DNA of 64,000 bases from Trypanosoma brucei (Eukaryota). Position 1 is the first letter of the stretch. Each line of letters begins with the position of its first letter. The position numbers were made by a program, and so were the translations under genes. The notes below the pieces were generated by a model. The model ran no database searches and was not told the DNA's origin. It saw only the letters and a program-made list of their open reading frames with translations. Positions 1 through 9,897 of this stretch are shown one piece after another. The DNA lies in the NCBI GenBank assembly GCA_000002445.1, contig CH464491.1, positions 160,001 through 224,000 on the forward strand. The letters run 5' to 3'.

Positions 1-388
1 TGATTGTAGGCAGGTTTCACTGATAGCATACCTCCAATAAAACTCGGCGTCACAGGATAGCAGCCAACACCCATCCACGGTTTAACATCCATCCGACCAC
101 GGAACGTCATAGCACTGGCTCGCATCTCACCGTTTTAAACTGTAACAAGAGCGAAAGGAAAGGAAAACCGCAGTACAGAGTGAACACAATAGTAGTTGTT
201 CATTCGATCGCATTACTCAAGACCAGGTGGGAACTATAGTAACCACACCGGACCTCGGTCATTCCCCACACCCCCCACGCCCTTATTGTGCTCTTCACCT
301 CTTAAAACCAGATACCCACACATGCGGCAGTCAGCCACAATCGATTATCATCACTGCAAAAATAACAAAAAGAGACTTTACCCCAGCA

Positions 389-808
389 CTATATTGCAGG
401 AACTTTTCGTGTTTCAACTTCGGACTGCAACAACTCAGCCAATGCGTCCGCCTCATCGTATGTTTCGATCATTGCCTGTGCAAGAGACAAGGCCTCAGTG
501 TTCAACAGCTCAATGTCGCGATCTAACGATGCTACAGGATCATCGGGTAATGCCCTGATAGCACCCTCCAGTGCCGCGAAATGTCTTTCAAGCTCATCTG
601 CTATCCTGCCAACACGCTGCCTCTCCGCATTATGTTCCCGTTCTAACTGGTACACCTCCGTATCAACCAACTCAATGCTACTATTTTTCCCGGCCACATC
701 TGCCGTGAAACGCGGATGAGCGTCATCGACAGTTTCAAGTAACGCATTATACATCGCTCCAACGCAGTGCATCAACGCGGCCTCAGCCTCCACAACCGGG
801 CCTGACAT
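389..808 (-). CDS. Conserved hypothetical coiled-coil protein of about 140 aa. Its function is unknown.
   Basis: The frame of ORF 389..970 (-) is intact. The first ATG giving a plausible protein (MSGPVVEAEAALMHC...) is at 808. The upstream part of the track ORF is low-complexity and UTR-like. The protein is rich in heptad, acidic and leucine residues (coiled-coil). I recognise no domain. Confidence 0.45.
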   Translation of the reverse strand: MSGPVVEAEAALMHCVGAMYNALLETVDDAHPRFTADVAGKNSSIELVDTEVYQLEREHNAERQRVGRIADELERHFAALEGAIRALPDDPVASLDRDIELLNTEALSLAQAMIETYDEADALAELLQSEVETRKVPAI

Positions 809-1015
809 AACTGGACAGAAAAAGAAAAGAAGAATTATTAGAGACTGTGGGAAAAATCGAGGAGTCACGTAAAGCGCGGCGAAAACACATACTCGAGAAA
901 GAAACAGATGTAGGTAAGTGTATGCACACACGTACGCGTGCCTGTGAGTACAACACGAAAAAATTGTCAAGAGGGAAATGTGTGTTCGATAAACAATCGC
1001 GAAACTCTTTGCTCT

Positions 1016-2569
1016 CTACATGAGAGCACAGCTCTTCATCATCTTCATCTTGAGTGCCATGAGGGGTTTACCCTTCACTTCCCGCAACCTCACAACCTCG
1101 GCACGCAGTGCCTCCGAAAACACCTCACCGAAGAATAGGATATCGCGGTCCCGTAGGTCACTCCTGCTCGACAGAGGGGGAACAGTAAGAAGCTCACCTG
1201 TCGTTAGGTTAAAAAGGTTCCAACCCGGCCCTGGACGCGGTCCAGCAACTTCGTCAACAATTTCCCTAATGATATCAAGAGCACGCCCTATCGACAACTC
1301 TTTATTCAACGAAATACAAAAGGGTGCAACTTCACGTGACAACTGGCAATCGGCGACGAACACTGCCACAATGATACTTGCACTTGGAGGCTCTTTTGGG
1401 GCAGCGCGACGCGGGTTCATCCTCGTGTGAGAAAAAATGAACTCGTCGAGCGGTGGGGGGCGTAAAAAAGGCCACGGCGTTCCACCGATGTCGCATTGCT
1501 GGTGAGTGCCAATTCGCACAACCTCTCGGTCACTGACGCTCGATACCTTGACACGGTTGGTACATTCACAATGCGGCAACTGACCCGATTGAGACAATTC
1601 TTGGGACGGAGGGGAAGTGCCCCTTTTAGAAGCTTTTGTACCGAGTGAGCGGAGTCGAATACGTGAGGCAGCTGAGTGTAGACGACTCCCAGGTCGTAGA
1701 CCATCGGAGAGTGCCAAAGAGAGTAGCTGCGTTAACGCGTTCTCAAGGGCCTCCACAGATACAGTTACCTTTCCAACTTGGTCACTCACGCCACGCTCAC
1801 TTTCTTCAGTGGGGTCCCCTCGTTGCTGCACCACGAGAAGAACATCACGATTGGAGAGGTCAGCCTTGGAAGCACTTAATGATAGAGGAATTTGGTCCAC
1901 CACAGCTCGGTCCGAGAAACTAATGTGAAACATCGGCTGCTTCAAAAGGTGGGAGGGAGGCAGTACCAAGCTGACCGTACAACGGTCCAAGAGCTGCCCC
2001 ACCGACATCTCTGCCGCCACCGAAAGGGAAATAACAGCAACCGCTTTAATCGTCCCCCCTGTATCATCTACCTCACACATCAAAGCAGTCACAGGAAGCA
2101 TGGTACCGCGAAACGCTGGTGGCTGGAGGACAAGTGGTCTCCCTGGTGAGTACCTCCCACATATATGTGCGAAAGCCTCCTCGACATCCTTAGGAAAAGG
2201 GGTAGTGTCGTGTCCATTCGTCCCCTGAACTCTCCTCCTCTCGCCATGGTTGTCACTGTGTTCGTGGAACCGATGAATAGCACAAAAATCCCGCTGGCAC
2301 AGGTCACACGGAATAAGTACACACAGTGGGCTGCCACAAATAGCGCACGCGTGCCTCGGCTCGGTTGCACCTTCTTGCACCATACTAGTAACAGGCAACA
2401 CGCGGCCCAAGTAGGCGGCAGCGCATGCCTCCTCGGAACCAGGTATGTTGTGGTTTTTAATGTGCTCGCCACAAAACATGTTTCCGCAGTGGTTGCATTT
2501 CAGTGGTAGAAAGTCGAAATGACCACAAGTGTAACACACAGCGCCATCACCTTCGCATTGTAAGCTCAT
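1016..2569 (-). CDS. AN1-type zinc-finger protein (ZFAND1-like). It has two N-terminal AN1 fingers and a long C-terminal region.
   Basis: The 517-aa ORF starts at an ATG (cat at 2567-2569). Two consecutive Cys/His clusters, CYTCGHFDFLPLKCNHCGNMFCGEHIKNH and CAICGSPLCVLIPCDLCQRDFCAIHRFHEH, fit the AN1 finger consensus C-x2-C-x9-12-C-x2-C-x4-C-x2-H-x5-H. A pyrimidine-rich tract lies upstream on the minus strand. Confidence 0.75.
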   Translation of the reverse strand: MSLQCEGDGAVCYTCGHFDFLPLKCNHCGNMFCGEHIKNHNIPGSEEACAAAYLGRVLPVTSMVQEGATEPRHACAICGSPLCVLIPCDLCQRDFCAIHRFHEHSDNHGERRRVQGTNGHDTTPFPKDVEEAFAHICGRYSPGRPLVLQPPAFRGTMLPVTALMCEVDDTGGTIKAVAVISLSVAAEMSVGQLLDRCTVSLVLPPSHLLKQPMFHISFSDRAVVDQIPLSLSASKADLSNRDVLLVVQQRGDPTEESERGVSDQVGKVTVSVEALENALTQLLSLALSDGLRPGSRLHSAASRIRLRSLGTKASKRGTSPPSQELSQSGQLPHCECTNRVKVSSVSDREVVRIGTHQQCDIGGTPWPFLRPPPLDEFIFSHTRMNPRRAAPKEPPSASIIVAVFVADCQLSREVAPFCISLNKELSIGRALDIIREIVDEVAGPRPGPGWNLFNLTTGELLTVPPLSSRSDLRDRDILFFGEVFSEALRAEVVRLREVKGKPLMALKMKMMKSCALM

Positions 2570-3061
2570 TTTGCATTACTAACTTCTAACAAAAGGGCAA
2601 GTCGTCAGGTCTAAAAAACAAATGGTCAATAAACATAAACAGATAATAGCATTAATACAACAAGGGGTGAGGAATCCAGGCAACACCGCACGACTACAAG
2701 AGGACACGCCGCATCCGGAAGTAGTGGATCCATAAGGTGACGCATCGCCGAGCCAACAAAACAAACACGCATAAAAGATAAACAAGGGTGTGGAAAAAAT
2801 TAGGGCGCACTTTCACTACCTCCCGAGCATGAGTGAACCAAAATTACCATCCATATCCAACCCAGGTGCTCAGTAACCTCTACGCAAGTGCACCATTTGC
2901 AAAAAGTTCCGATGGGTCCCCCTGCGGTTCACCCACCTCCCTATCCGGTCCTTTGCCAATCGCTATTTGAAACGGTAACGTATAGGTGTACATCCGCATC
3001 AAGTCCCTACTGTCCGTATGAAAAGGAACGACATAACCGCGCAGTAAACCAAATCAAGTGA

Positions 3062-3349
3062 CTAATACCACCGCCACCGTTCTAGACGCTTGTATTTATG
3101 AATAAACTCCTTTGTGTACACCTGTGACGCGTAGTAGTTCTTGTCCTGGAAGTGCGAGTAGTGCGGCATGTATGCTGCATGATACAAATACACGATAATC
3201 GCCATTGGGGTAAACCCAATAAAGAAAAACGGCAGAAACGTGTCGGTCATTGTCCATTGATGTGGGGGATTAAACCAACGTCCGGAAAAGGGTGGTGCGA
3301 AGAGGTTTGACGTCGCATGTCCCCGCACGATGAGAGATCGACGCAGCAT
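3062..3349 (-). CDS. Small (95 aa) protein with a mitochondrial-presequence-like N-terminus and one hydrophobic helix. It may be a small respiratory-chain or membrane subunit.
   Basis: The ORF starts with ATG (MLRRSLIVRGHATSNLF...), an Arg-rich amphipathic N-terminus typical of mitochondrial targeting. It contains a TM-like segment FLPFFFIGFTPMAIIVYLY and a basic C-terminus. It lies in an otherwise ORF-free 1.3-kb gap and is co-oriented with the minus-strand gene cluster. Confidence 0.4.
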   Translation of the reverse strand: MLRRSLIVRGHATSNLFAPPFSGRWFNPPHQWTMTDTFLPFFFIGFTPMAIIVYLYHAAYMPHYSHFQDKNYYASQVYTKEFIHKYKRLERWRWY

Positions 3350-3878
3350 AAATAGGAGATACCTAGTCTAACTCAAAATGTTCCCTCCAATGGGAATGCT
3401 CCTACGTTAGTGATCAAGCGGCAAGAACAAGAAAGAAGAGAGATGCATACAACGAGGCAGCCGGAAGAGCAACAGGAATCAAAAGGATTTGTCGCGCGTG
3501 CTTATTCGCGTATCCGCCGGTGCTCATGTGCGCTAAAAAAATTTGACCGAATTAAGACACGCACCAGTGGCTAGAACGAACAAGGAAAAAAGAAAATATC
3601 CTTCGCTGCCTCCGTTGCATAACCTTCTTACCTGAAACGGAGGCACGCCTTGCACCCCAAAAAGTGGGAGAAAGAGACGTACACGCATTCATATTCTTTT
3701 CCATTTTTTTTTTTTTTGCAGACAGTAAGCCATTTCGTACTTTATGGCTGGACTTAAAGGTAAGCATGAACATGGTTTTTCTTTTACCACACGAATCAAG
3801 CATTAGGAGCATGTACTAGGCTAAACAAGCAGTGAAAGGGGGGGAGAAGAAAAGCAAAATTGAAGGTCTTGGCGTGCT

Positions 3879-5396
3879 CTACTGACCTAACCGGCGACCG
3901 GCCATTATACCGTCCAGTGAAGTGGACGAAGGTTGTGGAAAGCCACTGTTCTGACCAGCGAACTGTGCGATTTGTTGTTCCATCGTATTCAGTTGGGTCA
4001 CGCCGGTGCCCATATTGTCGAAAGGTGCATAACCCTGGGGAGCGCCCATTCCCATGCCCACAGCAGAGTGTGGAGCGCCACTGGACCACATGCCCGACTG
4101 TGCGGTCGGCATCGCTTGCGACAAAGGTGGTGATTGAGTCTGTTGAGCTGTTGGCGGCATATTGTACCATCCTCCACCGGAAGGGACACCGGCCGGTTGT
4201 TGCAAGGGTGCGGCTAAAGGCTGAGAATTAGCGTACGGGAATTGAGTCTGTGACGGCTGCTGGGGCCACTGCTGCTGTTGTTGCTGGGGCCACTGCTGCT
4301 GTTGTTGGGGCCACTGCTGCTGTTGTTGGGGCCACTGCTGGTGAGTTTGCAGCTGCTGGGCATTGTTGCTTGTAAAACCTCCAAATGGATCTACCGAGGC
4401 TGCCTGCTGTTGGGCAGGCATAGAGAACGCGCTAGGAGGCGCTGTGGCAGTTACTGGTACCGCGGGAGCTGACGCAAAAAGGTCATCCAGCATGTCGTGC
4501 CTAGGCTCTGCCTTTGGATGGGCCTCAACTGCATTGGAAGAAATATTATCTTCTGGTGGCGCCGTTGCCTTGATTTCAGAGGGCGCTGCACCCACGCCAC
4601 CAAACGCCCGACGTCTTTCCTCCTCCTCAAGTCGCTTCGCTAGCTCCATGTCGGCTTTTTCGGATGCCTCTTTTGCCGCGTTGCTGCGCCTTTCGAGTCC
4701 AAGCATACGCTGTGCCTCAGAAACAGTTATGCCGGCGCGGCGCTCCTCCTCACATTGCATGCGGGCGGCGAGCTCTCTATCCTCCTGTTCTTGCTGTTCC
4801 CGTGAAATTGTATAACTTGTAGTGGAGGCATGCTGAAATGTGTTTGAAGGTTGTGTGGCATTCGAACCCCCTTGGAATTGCGAAGAACCAAATCCACCAT
4901 ACATGTTGCTGCCAATGGACTCACCACTCAATTTGGCCCGTGTTGCTGCAGCTTTGTAACGCTCATCGCGCAACGTGGCAGGATCGCTGAGAAGGTCGAA
5001 GAGCTTCTTGGCACGCTCCCTCACAGAAAGACCGTGGTCCGCTCCTTGCTTTCCCGTATAGTAAAATGTCTGGGAGATGTGCTGCAAAGTGGGGAGTATC
5101 GAGCAAAGGGGAGGGAGTCCAACCTCAGGAACATTTCGCGCCAGGTGATCCAGAAGTAGAAGAGCTTTGTAGCAGGGTCTCCAAGACTTGTCGCGATTCT
5201 TCAAACGAAGCTTGATCTCCTCCATAATTTTTACAGTACCAGCTTGGAAGACACGACAAACATTGTCCATTTGCTCACCAGTCGGACCCCAAGGGTCCTC
5301 ATTTGTCGCTTCATGAACAAGTCGTGCATATTCGTTACCGCTGGTTTTCATACGAAGCATCTCTTTTGCCGCGTGGAGAGAAGTCGGAAATGACAT
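3879..5396 (-). CDS. Epsin-related ENTH-domain protein (EpsinR-like clathrin adaptor) with a Gln-rich C-terminal repeat region.
   Basis: The first ATG is at 5396 (MSFPTSLHAAKEM...); the track start at 5429 is a TTG. The N-terminus carries the ENTH signature: VHEATNEDPWGPTGEQMDNVCRVFQ resembles the epsin motif ATSNDPWGPS, and ...KALLLLDHLARNV follows. The C-terminus is low-complexity and Q/P-rich with a WPQQQQQ tandem repeat and NPF/DxF-like motifs. Confidence 0.8.
   Translation of the reverse strand: MSFPTSLHAAKEMLRMKTSGNEYARLVHEATNEDPWGPTGEQMDNVCRVFQAGTVKIMEEIKLRLKNRDKSWRPCYKALLLLDHLARNVPEVGLPPLCSILPTLQHISQTFYYTGKQGADHGLSVRERAKKLFDLLSDPATLRDERYKAAATRAKLSGESIGSNMYGGFGSSQFQGGSNATQPSNTFQHASTTSYTISREQQEQEDRELAARMQCEEERRAGITVSEAQRMLGLERRSNAAKEASEKADMELAKRLEEEERRRAFGGVGAAPSEIKATAPPEDNISSNAVEAHPKAEPRHDMLDDLFASAPAVPVTATAPPSAFSMPAQQQAASVDPFGGFTSNNAQQLQTHQQWPQQQQQWPQQQQQWPQQQQQQWPQQPSQTQFPYANSQPLAAPLQQPAGVPSGGGWYNMPPTAQQTQSPPLSQAMPTAQSGMWSSGAPHSAVGMGMGAPQGYAPFDNMGTGVTQLNTMEQQIAQFAGQNSGFPQPSSTSLDGIMAGRRLGQ
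4259..4345 (-). repeat. In-frame tandem repeat of about 21 nt (GGGGCCACTGCTGCTGTTGTT)x4. It encodes (Q)5-6WP repeats inside the epsin-like gene.
   Basis: Direct repetition of ggggccactgctgctgttgtt is visible at 4262-4340. The minus-strand translation shows QQWPQQQQQWPQQQQQWPQQQQQQWPQQ. Confidence 0.8.
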
Positions 5397-5709
5397 TAAC
5401 AACTGTGCACACTTTAAAGAAGATCGCAACTACTGGTGTTCGCTTTCACTAGCAAAGAAAGTAATGAAGAACTACCCTAGACTGTACGTGAAGCGGAAGC
5501 AGGGACAAAGAAAAAGGAAAAGAGGAGTAAACTAGCACATCTTTCCGTACTACCCGGTGTGCTCAACGGAACAGGGTGTGAGTGGGCACCCCACAAGAGT
5601 GCCAAGAATAAACACTGGCGGTTTAGGATCAACAAAGTAAAAGAGAAAAAGAACAAACAAGTGGGTCAGGTAACCTTAGTTGAAGACTCAATCCTCCCCT
5701 CTGCCCAGC

Positions 5710-6189
5710 TCAATATGGAATCATTGCCTCGTAGTCTGCCGTGCGGCGCGCCAGCACCTCCACTTTCTTGGGGCAAACAAATCCGCCGTTGCGGGTGCTC
5801 ACCTTTTTGGGTGGAAGTGGGGTTCCCGCCTTCTTAGCAGCCCGAAATGCTTCAAGGTCCTTTAGCTTCTGCTTGAATGCCTCCTGGCAGCGAGACTTAC
5901 GCACGTGCTCAAAACGCACGCAGATGCGCTTGCGAACTGTACGGTTCCTCACCGGTTTATTGATGATAACACCAACACCACGCGGCGTTACGTTCCATAC
6001 AATGCCGGTTCGGCCGTGGTAATACTTGTGGGGCATCCCAGCACGTACAGCAGCGTCCGCAACAACGTCAACGTAGTCACCGACCTTGAAGTTGGTCAAT
6101 ATCGTGCTGACGGAAGGAACCCCGTGCTTGCGGAATTTTTTGGCAAAGAGGTGGCGGGTGCCACATTTGTACCCGTGGGAGTGAACCAT
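5710..6189 (-). CDS. RPL21: 60S ribosomal protein L21e.
   Basis: The ATG at 6189 gives MVHSHGYKCGTRHLFAKKFRKHG..., the characteristic eL21 N-terminus, and the protein is 159 aa. A poly-pyrimidine tract lies upstream (plus-strand A-run at 6243-6252). Confidence 0.9.
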   Translation of the reverse strand: MVHSHGYKCGTRHLFAKKFRKHGVPSVSTILTNFKVGDYVDVVADAAVRAGMPHKYYHGRTGIVWNVTPRGVGVIINKPVRNRTVRKRICVRFEHVRKSRCQEAFKQKLKDLEAFRAAKKAGTPLPPKKVSTRNGGFVCPKKVEVLARRTADYEAMIPY

Positions 6190-6591
6190 CTCCAACTAGA
6201 GCTAGGGATAACAAGAGAAAGGTATGAAAAACATGATCAATGAAAAAAAAATGAGCAAAAGACACTCAGTAAAACCAGCCACGAATCCAATGACCTCGGT
6301 GTACGTCACCCAACTCCACCACTATCGGGGATAGCAGGACGTCTTCTGAAAACACACGCCAGCAAAAACACTCGAAGCATGTACATACGCCACGGAAACG
6401 TACAACAGGTATTCCCAGATACGACCGCCTAGTTCGAAACGGGCATGAATGGACTGCGAAAGAACGCAGCATTAGGCGAGCTGGTTGGTGGCGGCACGGG
6501 ACACGAACGCATGTTGGGAGCGTCACAATAGGCAAGGATGTACAGGTGTGAAATCAACTGGTTTGCTGGGAAAAACATGCTACACACAAGG

Positions 6592-8724
6592 TCAAACAAC
6601 AGAAGGGAAGAAAAAAAAATCGGACGCACCCTCAGAGTTCTTTCCCTCCCCTACGTTGGAACGTTTACCCACCACACCTGAAAGGCACAGCGTATCCAGG
6701 CACCTTCCGATGCAGATGTAAGCACTGGCAACCTCCACTCGTCCCTCCCACTCCCTGATATCAGCCAGTAAATGATTGGATTTTACGCTGACGCTCACGG
6801 GCCACGATGCCTCAAATGCACTAAACAGGGGAGGGGTGGGAATGGTAACTCTGTAAAGGGGACCAAAATGTGGCTCTTGGTGTCCCGGCACAACGGTCAC
6901 GCAGCAACCACGCACACTTTGATCCACCGATCCCCATTCTACATTTTGGAAGCGCTCTTGCGAGGCACCCAAATGTGCAATTGCATCATCCGCTGTCAGC
7001 CCTCCCGATTTCCTAAGGACACATTCCATGTAAGAATTAATTGCATCTCTTACTGCTTTAATAACAGCTATCTTAAAGGTGCCAAAAGAGGATCCATCAT
7101 CTTCGAAATTATCAGTGAGGTAGCTCAGGTAACTCACAGCAAGCCCCTCCGACGTACCACCCGCCGGGATCATAGCATTATGCGGAGTTGGTGCACAAAG
7201 TACATTAATCAAGTGATGCAGCTGCCGCTGAAAAAGGCACTCGACGAGCGCCGATTCGACCACGCAACGACCACCAAGAAAAACACTAATGATGTTGCGC
7301 ATCACTCTGCTGTCATTTCCGGACGCTTCTGTATATAAGGGGGCCAAGGACAAGAGAAATGATTGTGGTTCCACTCCACCACAGCGACGTCGGAGCCCGT
7401 CGCTGCTGCTAGAAAGTGCACACATCTTGAGCCGGCATTTGACAGGAGATAGTTTAAGGGACTCTAACGTCCTTGGGAGCGTACGAAATGTCAAGGCCAG
7501 TTGAGTCATAGTCGCACGACCAACGGCAGCCGCAACCAACACTGTTCTGCTGCAGTTTCCCAATGTTTCCATGTAGTACAACACCTCCCCACAGACCTTC
7601 CCCTCCACAGCAATGACCAGCAACTTCTCCTCCGCGCCTCTCACAACAGAAAGAAGATGCCGGATGCCAAGGTTATTTTCTCCCTCGTAAACAGTGGGGA
7701 AGCGAGAAACCAAAAGCAAAGCACCATCGTGCCGGTCTTCGCGCAGCAAAGTCCCTAAGGCATTGAACGGAGACAACGAGCAAGTCCCCAAGGTTGAATC
7801 TCGACCTGCACCACCGGCATGCAAAGTTGTGACGAACGCAACACCCGAAATAACGCATCCCACCCTTCCATGAGGCACACGTCTGTTACCAGCATCGTCC
7901 GACACCCTCCAAAGAAGACGGTCCACTAGGCCATGAAGGGATGTCACAACATCCTTCCCGGGTTCGCCGGCTCTCCGACTGGACAGCATAAGATGCGGGT
8001 AAACACGCACGAAACACTCAGCTGCCAGTGCAGCTACCTCAAAGCCACATGAAAAAGAGTCATACGCATAGGTTCGCCGAAGATATTCACGCAGCAAGAG
8101 ACTAGAGAGAAATCCAAACGGCGTGTCACAACCCCCGGAACTTTCCACTTCCACCAAGCCAGCGGACGACGCGACTTCAGCCAGCAGATCCTGTGGATCC
8201 ACGGGGTGGACGATGACGGAAAGCTTTTTAATAAAGTCTCCCAGAAGGTTTCGACACCAATGGGACTCGCGAACCTCAGTCGGGTTCACATTCCGCGTCC
8301 ACGGCAAATCATCACCCCAGCTCACGGAGGAGAAACTGTCCAGGAGTGAAGCACCCCGGGGAAGGAGAGGAACCCCACGCACTAGGGTGTGGAAAGCATG
8401 CAGCACGACATAGGCCACAAAGTCCACGCGACACATTACACCGATTGAAGCCTGATGCACCTCACAGTTCTTAATTATCACCTCACAAAGATACTTCTTC
8501 TCATCATAAAGGTATGGAAAAAGTTGTTGCAGAAGTTGCAAACCGCCCAACGCAACGCTACACTGCCCACTTTGCGGTGCTTCAACGAACTTGGCAACCG
8601 AATCACCGGGGTGGACTACATACGCCGAAACATGTTGCAGAAGCTCGTATACAGCGGCCTCCATCGCGGCAGCCGTCCAACAAACGCCTAGAGCGCGCAC
8701 TACTACCTTCTCCCCTTCTGCCAT
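6592..8724 (-). CDS. Large conserved hypothetical protein of about 710 aa.
   Basis: This is a long uninterrupted ORF. The first ATG is at 8724 (MAEGEKVVVRALGV...); the track start at 8787 is a TTG. I recognise no domain with confidence. Its coding-like composition matches the neighbouring genes. Confidence 0.6.
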   Translation of the reverse strand: MAEGEKVVVRALGVCWTAAAMEAAVYELLQHVSAYVVHPGDSVAKFVEAPQSGQCSVALGGLQLLQQLFPYLYDEKKYLCEVIIKNCEVHQASIGVMCRVDFVAYVVLHAFHTLVRGVPLLPRGASLLDSFSSVSWGDDLPWTRNVNPTEVRESHWCRNLLGDFIKKLSVIVHPVDPQDLLAEVASSAGLVEVESSGGCDTPFGFLSSLLLREYLRRTYAYDSFSCGFEVAALAAECFVRVYPHLMLSSRRAGEPGKDVVTSLHGLVDRLLWRVSDDAGNRRVPHGRVGCVISGVAFVTTLHAGGAGRDSTLGTCSLSPFNALGTLLREDRHDGALLLVSRFPTVYEGENNLGIRHLLSVVRGAEEKLLVIAVEGKVCGEVLYYMETLGNCSRTVLVAAAVGRATMTQLALTFRTLPRTLESLKLSPVKCRLKMCALSSSSDGLRRRCGGVEPQSFLLSLAPLYTEASGNDSRVMRNIISVFLGGRCVVESALVECLFQRQLHHLINVLCAPTPHNAMIPAGGTSEGLAVSYLSYLTDNFEDDGSSFGTFKIAVIKAVRDAINSYMECVLRKSGGLTADDAIAHLGASQERFQNVEWGSVDQSVRGCCVTVVPGHQEPHFGPLYRVTIPTPPLFSAFEASWPVSVSVKSNHLLADIREWEGRVEVASAYICIGRCLDTLCLSGVVGKRSNVGEGKNSEGASDFFFFPSVV

Positions 8725-8829
8725 CGAAGTTGACAAAGAAGAGAGTTGCGTAATCTTGTTTAGACGATCGATAACACTCCAAAACAACTCAACGCAAGTA
8801 AAACCGTCAATCTGACCACCATCACCGCT

Positions 8830-9897
8830 TCACTTAGCACCCTTAAACGGCGCCTCGAGAGAGGATACTCCGTAGCGTACCAGGTTCGCCATCAGCTCAG
8901 AAGAAACAAAGGCACAGACTTTCTTATCGCCGCTCGGAAAAAAGGACGGCTCACTACCTTTGGAGTCGTGGTCAAGGGCAGTTTCGTCGAAGGCGACCCC
9001 CACAGGATCACAATGACCAACACTGGATGAGGTCATGGACTCGCGTGCATGCCAAAGATTTAGCATTTCCGGCCCGGACGGGGCAGTGCAAATGTCAAAG
9101 GGTGTTATATTACTTCGTTTCCCTGGGGGATAATTACATACAGGGGGTCTACGAGTATTTTCATTTGAGGCGTGCTCTAAGATAATTCCCTGCACTCTTT
9201 GATTCAGAAGCGTCCACGGTTTTACCCACCGTGACAACATTGGAGGGCCTTTTGGCCTAGACTGTTTGTATCTTTGTTTCGGTTCGTCTCCATCAACGCC
9301 AAAAACCCGACCCGTTGCAGCCACGCCAGATTTATCATCGGTCGGTGCTCGGCCCATCTTACCGGCCACAGGCCGTGTGCGTTGTTTCTTACGCGCCACA
9401 CTTTGCACATGTCTTTCATCATTCATGCCGCTCTTTAAACGCTTCGGCGTTACTTCCGAACTTTCCTGTCCCGCGAATTTCGCCATCGCGGAACGTCCGA
9501 TGTGCTCAAGGTATTGGGCACCTACGTTCGTGTTACGCGATACTACATAACCGATAATCTCTCTCATAAAGATAGCTGGAGAAATTCCATCAAAGTCGTC
9601 CTGGTCATTCACCGCAGCGTTTGCACAGTTCTCCTGCACTCGTAAATCATCAACGGCATCCTCTAGGTCCGGTAGTCCCATCAAGGCTACGCCGCAGAAC
9701 TCAGCGAACTCCATGTTAAATCGCTTCTGAGAGTCAGTCCCCTTTACAAGACTTTGTGCTGATTTCACCACACCCTCAAGCAGTGAATTAATAGACACCA
9801 ATCTGGGGTCCGTCGATCCTTGCAGGGCCCTAACAAGGCGGCAGGTGTCCCCTAAGCTCTTCACAGTAGAGGTGCCATATTCAACTTTATCCCCCAT
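8830..9897 (-). CDS. Conserved hypothetical protein of 355 aa.
   Basis: The start at 9897 is an ATG (MGDKVEYGTSTVKSL...). The frame is uninterrupted and co-oriented with the cluster. It has a basic middle region, and I recognise no domain. Confidence 0.55.
   Translation of the reverse strand: MGDKVEYGTSTVKSLGDTCRLVRALQGSTDPRLVSINSLLEGVVKSAQSLVKGTDSQKRFNMEFAEFCGVALMGLPDLEDAVDDLRVQENCANAAVNDQDDFDGISPAIFMREIIGYVVSRNTNVGAQYLEHIGRSAMAKFAGQESSEVTPKRLKSGMNDERHVQSVARKKQRTRPVAGKMGRAPTDDKSGVAATGRVFGVDGDEPKQRYKQSRPKGPPMLSRWVKPWTLLNQRVQGIILEHASNENTRRPPVCNYPPGKRSNITPFDICTAPSGPEMLNLWHARESMTSSSVGHCDPVGVAFDETALDHDSKGSEPSFFPSGDKKVCAFVSSELMANLVRYGVSSLEAPFKGAK

Noticed and set aside
196-558. Plus-strand ORFs 196-558 and 227-526 at the left edge.
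   Set aside because: They overlap the better-supported minus-strand coiled-coil gene (389-808), have odd composition, and carry no upstream pyrimidine tract or AG. They are likely shadow ORFs.
1020-2509. Several plus-strand ORFs (1020-1430, 1617-1928, 1892-2149, 2165-2509) antisense to the AN1 zinc-finger gene, plus similar antisense ORFs inside epsin (4363-4815), the retroelement (18565-19149, 19699-20181), the cyclin gene (35558-36097) and the LRR gene (60161-60688).
   Set aside because: They are classic shadow ORFs opposite long genuine CDSs. They are Arg/Ser/Ala-rich and have no conserved motifs.
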